This document shows positions 45,959 to 54,924 of a stretch of 60,196 bases of DNA, in pieces. The position numbers and the translations under genes are program-made. Source of the DNA: a virus. Its lineage: Duplodnaviria; Caudoviricetes. Position 1 is the stretch's first letter. The number at the start of each line of letters is the position of its first letter. Where the stretch lies: positions 1 to 60,196 of the IMG/VR virus record IMGVR_UViG_3300037755_000280. One strand, 5' to 3'. A model generated the notes under the pieces. That model was not told the DNA's origin and did no database searches. It was given only the letters and a program-made list of their open reading frames with translations.

Positions 45959-46338
45959 GCGCCTGTCCTCTCCTGTTGTGACTGATCCTGGGGCGCCTCG
46001 TCCAGCAGACGGGCCGCCTCGTCCAGCGCCTCTTGCAGCGACACCCGTTCCTCGGCCCCCGCCATGAGGCTCATCTGCCGCAGCAGGTCCAGATCCCTGG
46101 CCGCCAAGCACTTGGCGTGGAAGACGATGATCTCGTCCATGTCCGACGGCGCCGCGAACAACGGCTCCCGGCACCCCCAGCACAGCGTCATGCCCGCTGT
46201 CGGGGCAGCCTCCTGCTTCACCCGCCCGCGCCTGATCTCCACGATGCAGGCGGGGCACTGATCCTCGAACGCGAGCGCGAACTCGTCGCACCCCGGCTGG
46301 TCGCACTTGCGTGAGACTCCGTCCAACGTGACCGGCAT
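45955..46338 (-). CDS. hypothetical Cys-rich protein
   Basis: Several CxxC motifs; ATGA overlap. Confidence 0.55.
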   Translation of the reverse strand: MPVTLDGVSRKCDQPGCDEFALAFEDQCPACIVEIRRGRVKQEAAPTAGMTLCWGCREPLFAAPSDMDEIIVFHAKCLAARDLDLLRQMSLMAGAEERVSLQEALDEAARLLDEAPQDQSQQERTGA

Positions 46339-46339
46339 G

Positions 46340-46537
46340 TCAGCCTTCCTTCCCTGGTTGCAGGAACTGGTCCATGACCCGCATCTCATGGGCGAACTCC
46401 TCCAGCAGATCGCACATCCCCTGGACGGCCTGGGACTTGCTGTGATCCGCGGGGAGCACCAGCTCCCCGATGTACTGATCCTTGAGCTTGTCACCCACGT
46501 TGATCGTGACCGGCACCCGCTTCTTCGGTGTGCTCAC
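46340..46537 (-). CDS. hypothetical protein
   Basis: GGAGG RBS. Confidence 0.5.
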   Translation of the reverse strand: MSTPKKRVPVTINVGDKLKDQYIGELVLPADHSKSQAVQGMCDLLEEFAHEMRVMDQFLQPGKEG

Positions 46538-46764
46538 GGCCTGTCCTCCTTGTCCCATACCGCCAGAGCTGCTCTTGCCCGGTAGAGCTGAACCCACCAC
46601 GCGATGGTGAGCGCCGTGTACCCGGCGAAGACGAGCCAGAACTCGTCACGCTCCGTGAGTGCCGCCCACATCAGCATCCCGAAGGCGCCCGCGTCCAGGA
46701 TCGTGATCGCCATCAGCGCCAGCGACGCCTTGGCCGCAGTCCGACGTGCCCGGCTGTACGTCAT
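46534..46764 (-). CDS. two-TM membrane protein
   Basis: Two hydrophobic helices. Confidence 0.55.
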   Translation of the reverse strand: MTYSRARRTAAKASLALMAITILDAGAFGMLMWAALTERDEFWLVFAGYTALTIAWWVQLYRARAALAVWDKEDRP

Positions 46765-47324
46765 GACCGCTCCTGCGGGATGGGTGGCGCCACCAGGGCG
46801 GACAGCTTCACCAGGTCGTGACGCTTGAACTGGTAGTCGCCCCGCTGGGAGGCCCCCGGCTCGTCGCTCTCGGGCCAGCGCCCGTTCGTGCGGACCAGGA
46901 CACCACCCTTCCTCTTGTGGCCGATGAACTTGATCTGCTCCCAGTGGGGGTCCGGCTCCCACCCCCACCCATCCTGGGCCTCACGGCCGTCGATCACCGC
47001 GTCGGGCAGCCACAGCCACGTCTCCATCCACCGGCAGTCCAGCAGCCCGGCCTGGAGCCGCTCGTCATCATCCAGGTTGGGGCGCCCGATGGCGTTGAGC
47101 GAGATCTCGAACAGCCGTTCAGCTTCGACTTGGGCGAGCTGGTGCTGGGCTTCGGCCAGACGCCGGTCGTAGTCCACGAAGTCCTCTTGCAGCGGCAGCC
47201 CGATCACCTGCGCGCCGCCCAGGCCATCCTTGGTCCAGTACTGGAAGAGAGGGTTAGCGCCATGGACCTTCCACCCCCACTCGTCCAGTAGGGTCAGCAG
47301 CTCCTCACGGGTCAACTGCGTCAT
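46761..47324 (-). CDS. hypothetical protein; N-terminal domain paralogous to 47321-47572
   Basis: TREELLTLLDEWGW...LP....DY...L..A...A..EAE. Confidence 0.6.
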   Translation of the reverse strand: MTQLTREELLTLLDEWGWKVHGANPLFQYWTKDGLGGAQVIGLPLQEDFVDYDRRLAEAQHQLAQVEAERLFEISLNAIGRPNLDDDERLQAGLLDCRWMETWLWLPDAVIDGREAQDGWGWEPDPHWEQIKFIGHKRKGGVLVRTNGRWPESDEPGASQRGDYQFKRHDLVKLSALVAPPIPQERS

Positions 47325-47572
47325 CGCTGCCTCCTGCCTTCCATCACGAAGGTGAGAAGCCACTCGGCCTCAGCGTGCGCGAACTTCTGTCGGGCACGCT
47401 CCAGCAGCTCCTCGTAGTCGTGGATGCTGGAGTTGGCGGGAAGCATCACGTTCCTCTCCCACGATCCGAACCTCTTGGCCCAGATCTGCCAGTTCTCCGT
47501 GACCGAGAAGAGCTGCCACCCGCGATCGTTCAGCAGGTCGACCAGCTCAGCTCGTGTCATGTGCCTGGTCAT
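47321..47572 (-). CDS. hypothetical protein, possible HicA-like fold
   Basis: TRAELVDLLNDRGW...VMLP....DYEELLERA. Confidence 0.55.
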   Translation of the reverse strand: MTRHMTRAELVDLLNDRGWQLFSVTENWQIWAKRFGSWERNVMLPANSSIHDYEELLERARQKFAHAEAEWLLTFVMEGRRQR

Positions 47573-47883
47573 GAGATGTTCACCCTTCCGCAACGTGTGC
47601 AGTCCACCGTGAGCACGGACTCGCCCAGCGGCATCGTGTTGGCCTGGTAGCGCACGTGCCGTGCGAACCGTCCACACAGGCACTGCGGGGTGACCATGGC
47701 GGCGCCCATGCGTGCTCTGTCCTGGCGCGTGGGGATGAGGAGCAGCTCGAACGAGTCGGCGTGGAACTCTGACCCGCAGCCGCCCCGCTTGCCGCAGATC
47801 CACCCTCCGGCCCCGTCCCCCCGTAGGAAGTGTGGGCAGACGGGACAGCGTGGTTCCCCATCTCGGTTGAACTCCGTCGTCAT
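47569..47883 (-). CDS. Zn-ribbon hypothetical protein
   Basis: Four Cys pairs; AGGAGGAGG RBS. Confidence 0.6.
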   Translation of the reverse strand: MTTEFNRDGEPRCPVCPHFLRGDGAGGWICGKRGGCGSEFHADSFELLLIPTRQDRARMGAAMVTPQCLCGRFARHVRYQANTMPLGESVLTVDCTRCGRVNIS

Positions 47884-48140
47884 ACCTCCTCCTTCATGAT
47901 CTCGAACGTGAACTCCACGCCGGTGCGCGCAGGCAACACCCCGACCTGCAAGCCGACCACACGGCTCTGGTCGACCGGCTCGATGGGGTGTGCCATCCAC
48001 AGGTGGCAGTACTTCTTGTCGACGCCGTCGTACACGACACCGCAGACGACCTCGGTGCCGTCCTCCAGCACCATCCGTACCTCCTGGGGAGGCAGCGGTG
48101 TCCATCGGCCGCCGAGCAGCCAGCAGATCAGGCGCTTCAT
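47880..48140 (-). CDS. hypothetical protein
   Basis: GAGGAG RBS, overlaps. Confidence 0.5.
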   Translation of the reverse strand: MKRLICWLLGGRWTPLPPQEVRMVLEDGTEVVCGVVYDGVDKKYCHLWMAHPIEPVDQSRVVGLQVGVLPARTGVEFTFEIMKEEV

Positions 48141-48418
48141 GACGTGGCTCCTCGGATCTCGTTGATCATCTTCCCGGCTCGCCCGCGGTAGTGGTCCTGG
48201 ACCGACGACGGCGCCAGGTTGTAGTGCTTCGGTGTGCCGTCGGCCTTGATCCACGTCTGCTGGAACAGGATGCGGGCGATCTCCTCCCGGTCCAGGCCCT
48301 GGTTCAGGACCTCCCAGGCGTAGTCGAGCTGGTGCTGCTCGAACCCACCCTTCCAGTCGGGCCACAGGAACTGGGCCACGCGCAGGACCGCGGGCGCCGG
48401 CTCAGACTGGTTCGACAT
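48137..48418 (-). CDS. hypothetical protein
   Basis: GGGAGG RBS. Confidence 0.55.
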   Translation of the reverse strand: MSNQSEPAPAVLRVAQFLWPDWKGGFEQHQLDYAWEVLNQGLDREEIARILFQQTWIKADGTPKHYNLAPSSVQDHYRGRAGKMINEIRGATS

Positions 48419-48896
48419 CCGGTTCCTCCCTCGGCTCGGCGTGGTCGCACACGATCCCCGCCTCGGGCAGGAACGCCGCGAGCAGCGGCCAGCGGGCGAA
48501 CCGGGTGTGGCAGGTGCAGCAGGTCACTGCGCGCCAGCGGGCCACGTTCTCCGAGTCGGTGGTGCTGTGGCACGTGGGGCAGCGGTGTGGCTTGTCCTCG
48601 TTCCACTTCACGATCCCGCTCGGCGGGGCGTAGGTGTAGGTGCGGTAGAAGATGTCCGGCTTGCACGAGTAGAACTCACCCGCGACACCCCGGATGACGT
48701 AGTCACCCTCGACGGCGCGCATCGCCCCTTCCAGCGTGTCGATGCGCATCCTCACCGGTGCTTCCTCCATCGACAGCCACGCCGAGCCGCCGTTGCTGGT
48801 GACCCAGCGCATGACCTCCAGGTTCTCCTCGTGGCGGTCGCTCAGCCGCATGGCCTCGATCTCCACGGGCGCCTTGCGGTACTTGATGGGTCGCAT
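48402..48896 (-). CDS. conserved phage protein (KYRKxPV..TLEG..GEFYxCKPDIF family) with C-terminal Zn ribbon
   Basis: Recognisable widespread phage family motif; GGAGGAG RBS. Confidence 0.7.
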   Translation of the reverse strand: MRPIKYRKAPVEIEAMRLSDRHEENLEVMRWVTSNGGSAWLSMEEAPVRMRIDTLEGAMRAVEGDYVIRGVAGEFYSCKPDIFYRTYTYAPPSGIVKWNEDKPHRCPTCHSTTDSENVARWRAVTCCTCHTRFARWPLLAAFLPEAGIVCDHAEPREEPDVEPV

Positions 48897-48981
48897 GTCT
48901 CCTCCTTGACTTGTGCGATTTACGCACACGCCAGCCCAGGAACCGAGCGGCTCCTGGGCCAGCGAGCGCGTCAGACCCGGG

Positions 48982-49476
48982 TCACGCCTGGATCGCCTTG
49001 GCGGCCGCCTCGATGGCCCGCTTGAGAACGGTGTTCTGGATCGCCTCGCGCGCCTTCTTCGCTTCGGCGCCCATCTCCCGGTTCAGGACCACGACAGTCT
49101 CCTTGTGAATGAGCTGCGTCAGGTTTCCGGGCTGGGCGTTGTAGCTGCTGCTGGTGTTCGGCGAGCTGTTGAGGTAGCGCTCGATCTCCTTGCGGATCAG
49201 CTCGCGCACCGTGACCTCGTCGCCCTGCTTCTCGCCCCATCGGGTGGTGCGCTGCACGGGCTGGTCGATCGCTTCCTGCACCAGCGCTCCGACCCTCTCG
49301 TGGATCTGCTCCTCGACCTGGCGCCGCACGGTGCCCTTGAGGTCGTAGAACGCGCCACCCTCGGACGTGAGCCGGCTGACCAGCTCGTGCACGACGGCGT
49401 CGCGCAGCCCTCCGGTCAGCTCCCCGTCCTCGTCGTAGCTGACACCGATGTCTTGCAGCTCGATCTCGATCTTCAT
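48982..49476 (-). CDS. hypothetical protein
   Basis: GGAGG RBS; helical. Confidence 0.65.
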   Translation of the reverse strand: MKIEIELQDIGVSYDEDGELTGGLRDAVVHELVSRLTSEGGAFYDLKGTVRRQVEEQIHERVGALVQEAIDQPVQRTTRWGEKQGDEVTVRELIRKEIERYLNSSPNTSSSYNAQPGNLTQLIHKETVVVLNREMGAEAKKAREAIQNTVLKRAIEAAAKAIQA

Positions 49477-49568
49477 GCTTCCTCCATGTCGGGTGCTACT
49501 GATCGCCGCCGGATGGCGGCACGCCGGGGTAAGCCCCAGGCCATCACGCCTGGGGCTCACGTCCGGTA

Positions 49569-50024
49569 CTAGAAGGGCGGCTTCTCCTCGAAGCCGCCCT
49601 CGGGGGCCATGGGGTGGGTGGCCCACGGGTCACCGCCCACAGCGCGGGACACCTCCCGCTGGGCGTCCACCCTCGTGACCTGCGCGGTGGCCCGGCGCAG
49701 GCTGGGGCCGACGGCGTCGACCCGGTCCATGACCAGGGTGGTGCGCTTGTTGCCCTCGCGGTCGGTCCATGCGTCGGTCGACAGGCCACCGGCCACGACG
49801 ACGTTCATCCCCTTGGTCAGGGACTCGGCCACGTTCTCGGCCATGCCCTCCCACACGGTGCAGCGCACGAACGTGGGCTCCCCGTCGGTCCAGCCCTCCC
49901 CGTCACGGATGCGCTTGTTCTGCACCACGGTGAAGGTGGCCACAGCCTTGCCTCCGGGGGTGAAGCGCAGCTCGGGGTCCGCGGTCAGGTTGCCGACGAC
50001 GTACGCCGGGATCTCCCCGGCCAT
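49569..50024 (-). CDS. ssb: single-stranded DNA-binding protein
   Basis: VVGNLTADPELRFTPGGKAVATFTV...AENVAESLTKG...VGPSLR; PPF tail. Confidence 0.95.
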   Translation of the reverse strand: MAGEIPAYVVGNLTADPELRFTPGGKAVATFTVVQNKRIRDGEGWTDGEPTFVRCTVWEGMAENVAESLTKGMNVVVAGGLSTDAWTDREGNKRTTLVMDRVDAVGPSLRRATAQVTRVDAQREVSRAVGGDPWATHPMAPEGGFEEKPPF

Positions 50025-50260
50025 CAGAACGGCACCGCCCCTTCGGCCCTGGCTCGCACCCAGTCCTCCATGGTGCGGTCCACCTCCAGGTAGCCGGCCG
50101 CGTTCAGCGCACCGGCCAGGGACCGGAACGCGTCGGTGACCAGGTCGGCCGCCGTGGTGTCGCTGGCACCCTCGACCAGGTCGATGGTGACGGTGATCCG
50201 TGACTCGTCCGAGTAGGTCACGGACGCTTCTCCCTTACGTACCAGGGGCTTGTCACTCAT
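50024..50260 (-). CDS. hypothetical protein
   Basis: Tight packing with neighbours. Confidence 0.55.
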   Translation of the reverse strand: MSDKPLVRKGEASVTYSDESRITVTIDLVEGASDTTAADLVTDAFRSLAGALNAAGYLEVDRTMEDWVRARAEGAVPF

Positions 50261-50477
50261 CGACGTCCTCCTCGTCGGCCGTCATCTCCAGGTCGGTGGA
50301 TGTGGTGCCCGCAGCCAGGAGCGCCCTGACCTGCGAGGCGTAGAAGCGGTGGTGCCCACCCAGGGTGCGGATGTAGCGCAGCTTCCCGCGCTTGGCCCAG
50401 CGCACGGTCGTCTTCGGGTCCACCCGGAAGAGGCCGCCTGCCTCCTTGGGCGTCATCAGTTCCTCGTCGTCGTCCAT
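50253..50477 (-). CDS. bldC: BldC-family MerR-like HTH protein
   Basis: LMTPKEAGGLFRVDPKTTVRWAKRGKLRYIRTLGGHHRF..VRALL closely follows BldC LLTPAEVA..FRVDPKTVTRWAKAGKL..IRTLGGHRRY..VRALL. Confidence 0.85.
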   Translation of the reverse strand: MDDDEELMTPKEAGGLFRVDPKTTVRWAKRGKLRYIRTLGGHHRFYASQVRALLAAGTTSTDLEMTADEEDVDE

Positions 50478-50544
50478 ATCCCTCCCTCACTACAAGGTGC
50501 GGTTTGCCCGCCATGGGTAATTCTACTACCGGAGTCCGGATTTT

Positions 50545-50907
50545 TCACGGCTTCGAGCGGATGCACTGCACCTGCGCGGTGTCCACCTCCTGCTCCACGA
50601 TGTAGCAGTCGCGCGTCTCGATCTCGGGCACCGAGTCCACGCCGGCGCGGTAGGCGAACACTCCCACGGCGATGCACAACGCGGCGCAGACCCACGCCCA
50701 GGTCCACTCCGATCGCCGCCGGATGGCCCGGCAGGCTGCCGCGTCGGCCAGCAGCCACTCGTAGTCGGCCTGCCCCAGCTCGGACACCTCCACCCCGCCG
50801 GTGTGGGTCAGCGCCTGAACCTCCAGGCTGCGACGCAAGCGCCCCTCGTACCGGCGTGCTCGGGCCATGGTCAGCCGGTCGAGCAGCTCGTCGAACCACT
50901 CCTTCAT
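50545..50907 (-). CDS. membrane protein
   Basis: GGAGGAGG RBS; one TM helix. Confidence 0.55.
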   Translation of the reverse strand: MKEWFDELLDRLTMARARRYEGRLRRSLEVQALTHTGGVEVSELGQADYEWLLADAAACRAIRRRSEWTWAWVCAALCIAVGVFAYRAGVDSVPEIETRDCYIVEQEVDTAQVQCIRSKP

Positions 50908-51320
50908 CCCTCCTCCTTCCCCAGCCCGGCCGCAATCGCCCAGCGCGAGATCTCCAGGATCTGCCGGCGCATCTCCACCAGCGCCACGCCGGTCAGGTCG
51001 TGCGCCAGCGCCCACGCCAACCGTGCCGCCGGCGCCGTCGTGACACCGAACCCGATACCGCCGACCGACTCGGTCACGGTCAGCCCGAGCATGTCCATGC
51101 GCACCTCGACGACCCCGTAGGTCCACTCCCCGCGCTCCCACGCCGCGCGGTTCGCAGCGCTCAGCGCCTCGTCGTCCTCGGGCCGGGTGTCGTCGTCGTA
51201 GCGCACGATGACCTGCACTTGTGCCTGACGCCACACGCCGATCTCGTCCAGTGCCTCGCGGTCCACCGCCCAGGCGTAGATGCCGCCGGTGTTCGCCAGC
51301 TTGGTCATCGGAACTGCCAT
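50904..51320 (-). CDS. hypothetical protein
   Basis: GGAGG RBS; AWERGEWTYGVV..SVGGI motif. Confidence 0.6.
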   Translation of the reverse strand: MAVPMTKLANTGGIYAWAVDREALDEIGVWRQAQVQVIVRYDDDTRPEDDEALSAANRAAWERGEWTYGVVEVRMDMLGLTVTESVGGIGFGVTTAPAARLAWALAHDLTGVALVEMRRQILEISRWAIAAGLGKEEG

Positions 51321-51340
51321 GTCTGCCTCCGTCTCGTGTC

Positions 51341-51410
51341 TGGCACCCTGCCAGATCGCAAGCACCCCCACACCCGCAGATCGGGTGTGGGGGTGCTTGC
51401 GTCCTGTCAG
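51341..51410 (-). promoter_or_regulatory. intergenic hairpin element, copy A
   Basis: TGGCACCCTGCCA...[19-bp perfect stem]...TGTCAG. Confidence 0.55.
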
Positions 51411-51411
51411 G

Positions 51412-51912
51412 TCACCGCACCTCCACGTGCTTGAGGCCGTGCTCGATTCCCCACAGCTCGGTGCACAGCGTGTCGACCAGGAACCGGCCGGCGCTCGCAA
51501 CCGGCTGGTTGATGCGCACCCCGGCGTTCAGGCGCCGCAGCCCCAGCCGCGCCGCTACCGGGGCGGACAGGTTGTAGATGCGTCCACCCTGAGCGCTCAG
51601 GACGTTCACGCAGGTGGCCTCCCCGGCGGGGAAGCACAGCGTGAACACCTCCGACCCCCGGGGAAAATACTGTGTCAAGATCCGGTGGGTGGAGGTGAGA
51701 TAGAGGTCGATTTCGGCGACGTGTCCGGCTCTGGTGAGTCGGAAGGCGTGGATGTCGAGGCCGACGCTTGCATCGTGCAGGCGGTGGCCGAGGGGGGCGC
51801 CGGTGTGGATGTGTAGGTGGTGGACCTGGCCGCGGATGTCGGTGATGCTGACGTCGTTGACGGGTTGGTTGCCGTCGGTCCAGGTGACGCGGCCGATGAT
51901 GACGGTGCTCAT
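51412..51912 (-). CDS. hypothetical protein
   Basis: 166 aa ORF in the - strand gene run. Confidence 0.55.
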   Translation of the reverse strand: MSTVIIGRVTWTDGNQPVNDVSITDIRGQVHHLHIHTGAPLGHRLHDASVGLDIHAFRLTRAGHVAEIDLYLTSTHRILTQYFPRGSEVFTLCFPAGEATCVNVLSAQGGRIYNLSAPVAARLGLRRLNAGVRINQPVASAGRFLVDTLCTELWGIEHGLKHVEVR

Positions 51913-51966
51913 CCGTGCGGTCCTGCGCCGGTGACGTGGGTGTCCATGATCTTGTCCTCCATGGGG

Positions 51967-52218
51967 TTACTGGTCTGCGGGGTGGTTGGGGGTGTAGCGG
52001 GTGTAGCGGGCCACGTTCTCGGGTGTGCTGATCTGGGGGATCTTCTTGCGGGTCTCTTCGGCCCGGCGGTAGTTCTCGGCGATGCGGTCGCCCCACTGGT
52101 AGCTGTCGGTGGTGTCGTGGATGAGCATGAACACCGCGAACAGGAACGAGCCGGACCCGCCTACGAACACGGACCAGGCGAAGATGTCCTTGATGGTCTC
52201 GATGGTCGTGGCGTTCAT
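51967..52218 (-). CDS. membrane protein
   Basis: One TM helix; TGATG overlap. Confidence 0.55.
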   Translation of the reverse strand: MNATTIETIKDIFAWSVFVGGSGSFLFAVFMLIHDTTDSYQWGDRIAENYRRAEETRKKIPQISTPENVARYTRYTPNHPADQ

Positions 52219-52412
52219 CAGCTTTCCTCGGGGGTGATCTCGATGCCGGCGATGGTGACCGGCCGGCCGGCTGCGAGGGTGCTCGCGGCGGCGATGCGTT
52301 CGGCGGGGGTGGAGTGGTGGCGTCCCTTCTGGTTGGCGGCCAGGACCGCGGCGACGACCTCGTTCCAGGACTTCCCGCTGCGGGTGAAGCTGCCGCCGGT
52401 TGCCTTGGGCAT
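52218..52412 (-). CDS. hypothetical protein
   Basis: GGAAGG RBS. Confidence 0.55.
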   Translation of the reverse strand: MPKATGGSFTRSGKSWNEVVAAVLAANQKGRHHSTPAERIAAASTLAAGRPVTIAGIEITPEES

Positions 52413-52497
52413 GACGTTTTTCCTTCCTGCTCGTGAGTCTCACGAGAGCAGTCCAGCCACGAACTGTCTGGTTCGTGGCTGAACCTCACCCGTGGAA

Positions 52498-52749
52498 TCA
52501 GTCGGTGGGATCGACGAGTTCGATGTCGGTGATGCGGGCATTCTCCAGGTCGATGACCGCGGGCACTTCACACCAGGCGGGGTCGATGCCGAATGCGACG
52601 GTCGCGTCGATCTTGGTCAGCCACGTGCCCGCGTCGGTGAACACCCGCCAGCGCGGGTTGCCCTCGGTGGTGTTCGTCGCCCGCTCGACCTTGGCGATGA
52701 TGCAGCCCACCCGTGTGGGTGCGGGCTGCGGGAAGGGGTCGGCCGTCAT
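52498..52749 (-). CDS. hypothetical protein
   Basis: NTTEGNPRWRV motif; ATGA overlap. Confidence 0.6.
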   Translation of the reverse strand: MTADPFPQPAPTRVGCIIAKVERATNTTEGNPRWRVFTDAGTWLTKIDATVAFGIDPAWCEVPAVIDLENARITDIELVDPTD

Positions 52750-53120
52750 CGCTGGTCCTCCATGATCTCGTTGTACTGGGTCTCGGAGACCATGACCAGG
52801 ATGATTTCGTGGAGGTACCCGACCTCACGCCAGGGCAGCATGACCCTGGCTCCCAGCTCGCGCGGGGTGCCGTCGTCGGGTTCCAGGCCCTTCTTCCAGG
52901 TGGCCTTCATCTCCTGCGCGCCGGTGACGTAGGTGTCCCACAGGCGCTGAACCTCGGGGTCCTGCTCGTCCACGTCGTCGGCGTCGATGCGGTCCATGGT
53001 TCCCTTGATGTCCTCAAGGAATGTGTCCAGCGCGGAGTCCAGGTCCTCGGTGTGCCAGATCGCGTCGGGGTCGGGCAGGAACCCGGGCTGGTTGTGACAC
53101 ACCCGCCACATCGCCCTCAT
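52746..53120 (-). CDS. hypothetical acidic protein
   Basis: HNQPGFLPD; overlaps. Confidence 0.6.
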   Translation of the reverse strand: MRAMWRVCHNQPGFLPDPDAIWHTEDLDSALDTFLEDIKGTMDRIDADDVDEQDPEVQRLWDTYVTGAQEMKATWKKGLEPDDGTPRELGARVMLPWREVGYLHEIILVMVSETQYNEIMEDQR

Positions 53121-53620
53121 GACTGCCCCCCCTCCAGCCACTGGAAGATCCACACGAGCCCGTTGATCTGCACTTCGCCCGCGAAGTGCAGCGTCCCCTC
53201 GTTCCCGCCCGGATCGTCGGGGGTGATGGCGAGGTAGGTGTCCCCCTCCTGGACGCGGGAGACGTACACCTCCACGGTCAGCGCATCCCAGTTCCCCCGC
53301 ACCAGGTTCATGCTCGCGACCGTGTAGTCGCCCTTGGCGGAGTACTCGGTGGACATCACCCCCTCCCCGTCCCCACGGGCGGCCATGTGGGTGATGTGGG
53401 AGACGACCATCTGGTGGAACTCGGTGTCCAGCCGGTGAAGCTTGACCACCGCCCAGAACGTGTCGATGGGAGGAAGGTTGACGTACGCGCCCATGCCCAT
53501 GGTCGACAGCGCGACCAGCTCCTTGGTGATGGACTCGACCTCGTAGTGCCCCGGCACGCCGAAGACGGCCTGGGTGACCATCTCCTTGAAGTCGGCTTCA
53601 GATCTGTACTGCGTGTGCAT
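53117..53620 (-). CDS. hypothetical protein
   Basis: GGAGGTAG RBS. Confidence 0.6.
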   Translation of the reverse strand: MHTQYRSEADFKEMVTQAVFGVPGHYEVESITKELVALSTMGMGAYVNLPPIDTFWAVVKLHRLDTEFHQMVVSHITHMAARGDGEGVMSTEYSAKGDYTVASMNLVRGNWDALTVEVYVSRVQEGDTYLAITPDDPGGNEGTLHFAGEVQINGLVWIFQWLEGGQS

Positions 53621-53658
53621 GCTTCTACCTCCTGCTTGGTGTCCTCTGACCTGGTGGG

Positions 53659-53904
53659 TCAGAGGGTGATGCCGTACATCGTGAGTGCGCGGGCCACGTC
53701 CGGCTCATCCTGTCGTGCGCGCGCCTGGTCGGCCAGACGCAGCGCCCGTGCGGCAAACCGCAGGGACGATACCATCCACCAGCTCGCTTCCCGGGAGGGC
53801 TGGTCTGCCTTCCCGGTGGCGTACCCGTACTGCCGCTGGGACGCACGCGCGCAGCGGGCCAGCTCGGCGACCAGCTCGAACCCGTCGTTCAGCTTGCGCG
53901 TCAC
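53659..53904 (-). CDS. hypothetical protein
   Basis: GTGA overlap with upstream gene. Confidence 0.45.
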   Translation of the reverse strand: MTRKLNDGFELVAELARCARASQRQYGYATGKADQPSREASWWMVSSLRFAARALRLADQARARQDEPDVARALTMYGITL

Positions 53905-54410
53905 GAGCCCGCCACGTGCCCGCAGATGAACTCGGTCACCCGCTCGATCTGGTCGTCGATCACGGCCGCCCACGTCCCGGGGTGCAGCGCCATCCAGTAC
54001 CCCTCGTGCTTGTCCAGCTTCATGACCATCACCTGGTCCGTGGTGCCGGTGCCGGTGTGGATGACGCCGTAGTTGCCCGGCACCATCCCCTCCAGTGCGA
54101 TGTGCACCACCACCGACGGGTCCGGCACACCGGACACGTCCAGGTCCGCCAGCTCCCGAAGGGCGCCGCTGCTCGGGTCGGCGGGCCGGGCGTGCGCACG
54201 GATCGCCTTCGCCGCGGTGTTGATGGCGCGCCGCTCGTCGGCGGCGGTGCCACTCTGCCCCGTGAGCAGGTGCCACCCGTACCGGTCACCCTCGATCGGG
54301 TTCACGTTCCCGTAGTTGGGCAGCGTCCGCCCGTAGTTGTCCGGGTCGTACACCTCGACCTTGACCGTGTCCCCGATGCGGGTGGTGAGTACGTCCTTGC
54401 CTGCCATCAT
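53901..54410 (-). CDS. hypothetical protein
   Basis: ATGA overlap. Confidence 0.55.
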   Translation of the reverse strand: MMAGKDVLTTRIGDTVKVEVYDPDNYGRTLPNYGNVNPIEGDRYGWHLLTGQSGTAADERRAINTAAKAIRAHARPADPSSGALRELADLDVSGVPDPSVVVHIALEGMVPGNYGVIHTGTGTTDQVMVMKLDKHEGYWMALHPGTWAAVIDDQIERVTEFICGHVAGS

Positions 54411-54628
54411 TCGCCCCTTCCTGGGCAATCGCTGTCCATGTCGTTCCCGCCTGACTCGGCGAGCTTCTGCGCGGCCTCCCAGGTGGGGGCCTGGACCTGG
54501 TCAGCGAAGGGTCCACCCTCGCTGACCTCTTCCCCGCCGTACACGTCACAGGCTCCGGCGATGACGCCGACCACGATCTTGTGGCCGGCGTCATCCCAGT
54601 AGCCGACGACGGTCCACGTCGTCGTCAT
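54407..54628 (-). CDS. hypothetical protein
   Basis: GGGAGG RBS. Confidence 0.55.
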   Translation of the reverse strand: MTTTWTVVGYWDDAGHKIVVGVIAGACDVYGGEEVSEGGPFADQVQAPTWEAAQKLAESGGNDMDSDCPGRGE

Positions 54629-54630
54629 AG

Positions 54631-54924
54631 CTAACCCTCCCGGGAGTCGCCGAGGTTGATGGTGGCCTCCATGTCCGTCTCCAGACGGGAGGCCACCATC
54701 GAGAGCTGGTCCATGGTGTACCCGAGCAGCCCGGTGTTCACGTTCGCGGACACGTGCATGTAGTGCGTGTACCCGGGCATCGGGTCATCCAGGTCGATGT
54801 TCCGCTCGACGGTCCGGGGCTTGGGGTCCAGGAACACGTCCGACAGCGCCTGCTCGAACAGTGCCCGCTCCTCCTGGTCCTCGTCGTCGTCCAGGCCCAG
54901 GTACACCGTGACCTTGTGCAGCAT
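54631..54924 (-). CDS. hypothetical protein
   Basis: TGATG overlap. Confidence 0.55.
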   Translation of the reverse strand: MLHKVTVYLGLDDDEDQEERALFEQALSDVFLDPKPRTVERNIDLDDPMPGYTHYMHVSANVNTGLLGYTMDQLSMVASRLETDMEATINLGDSREG

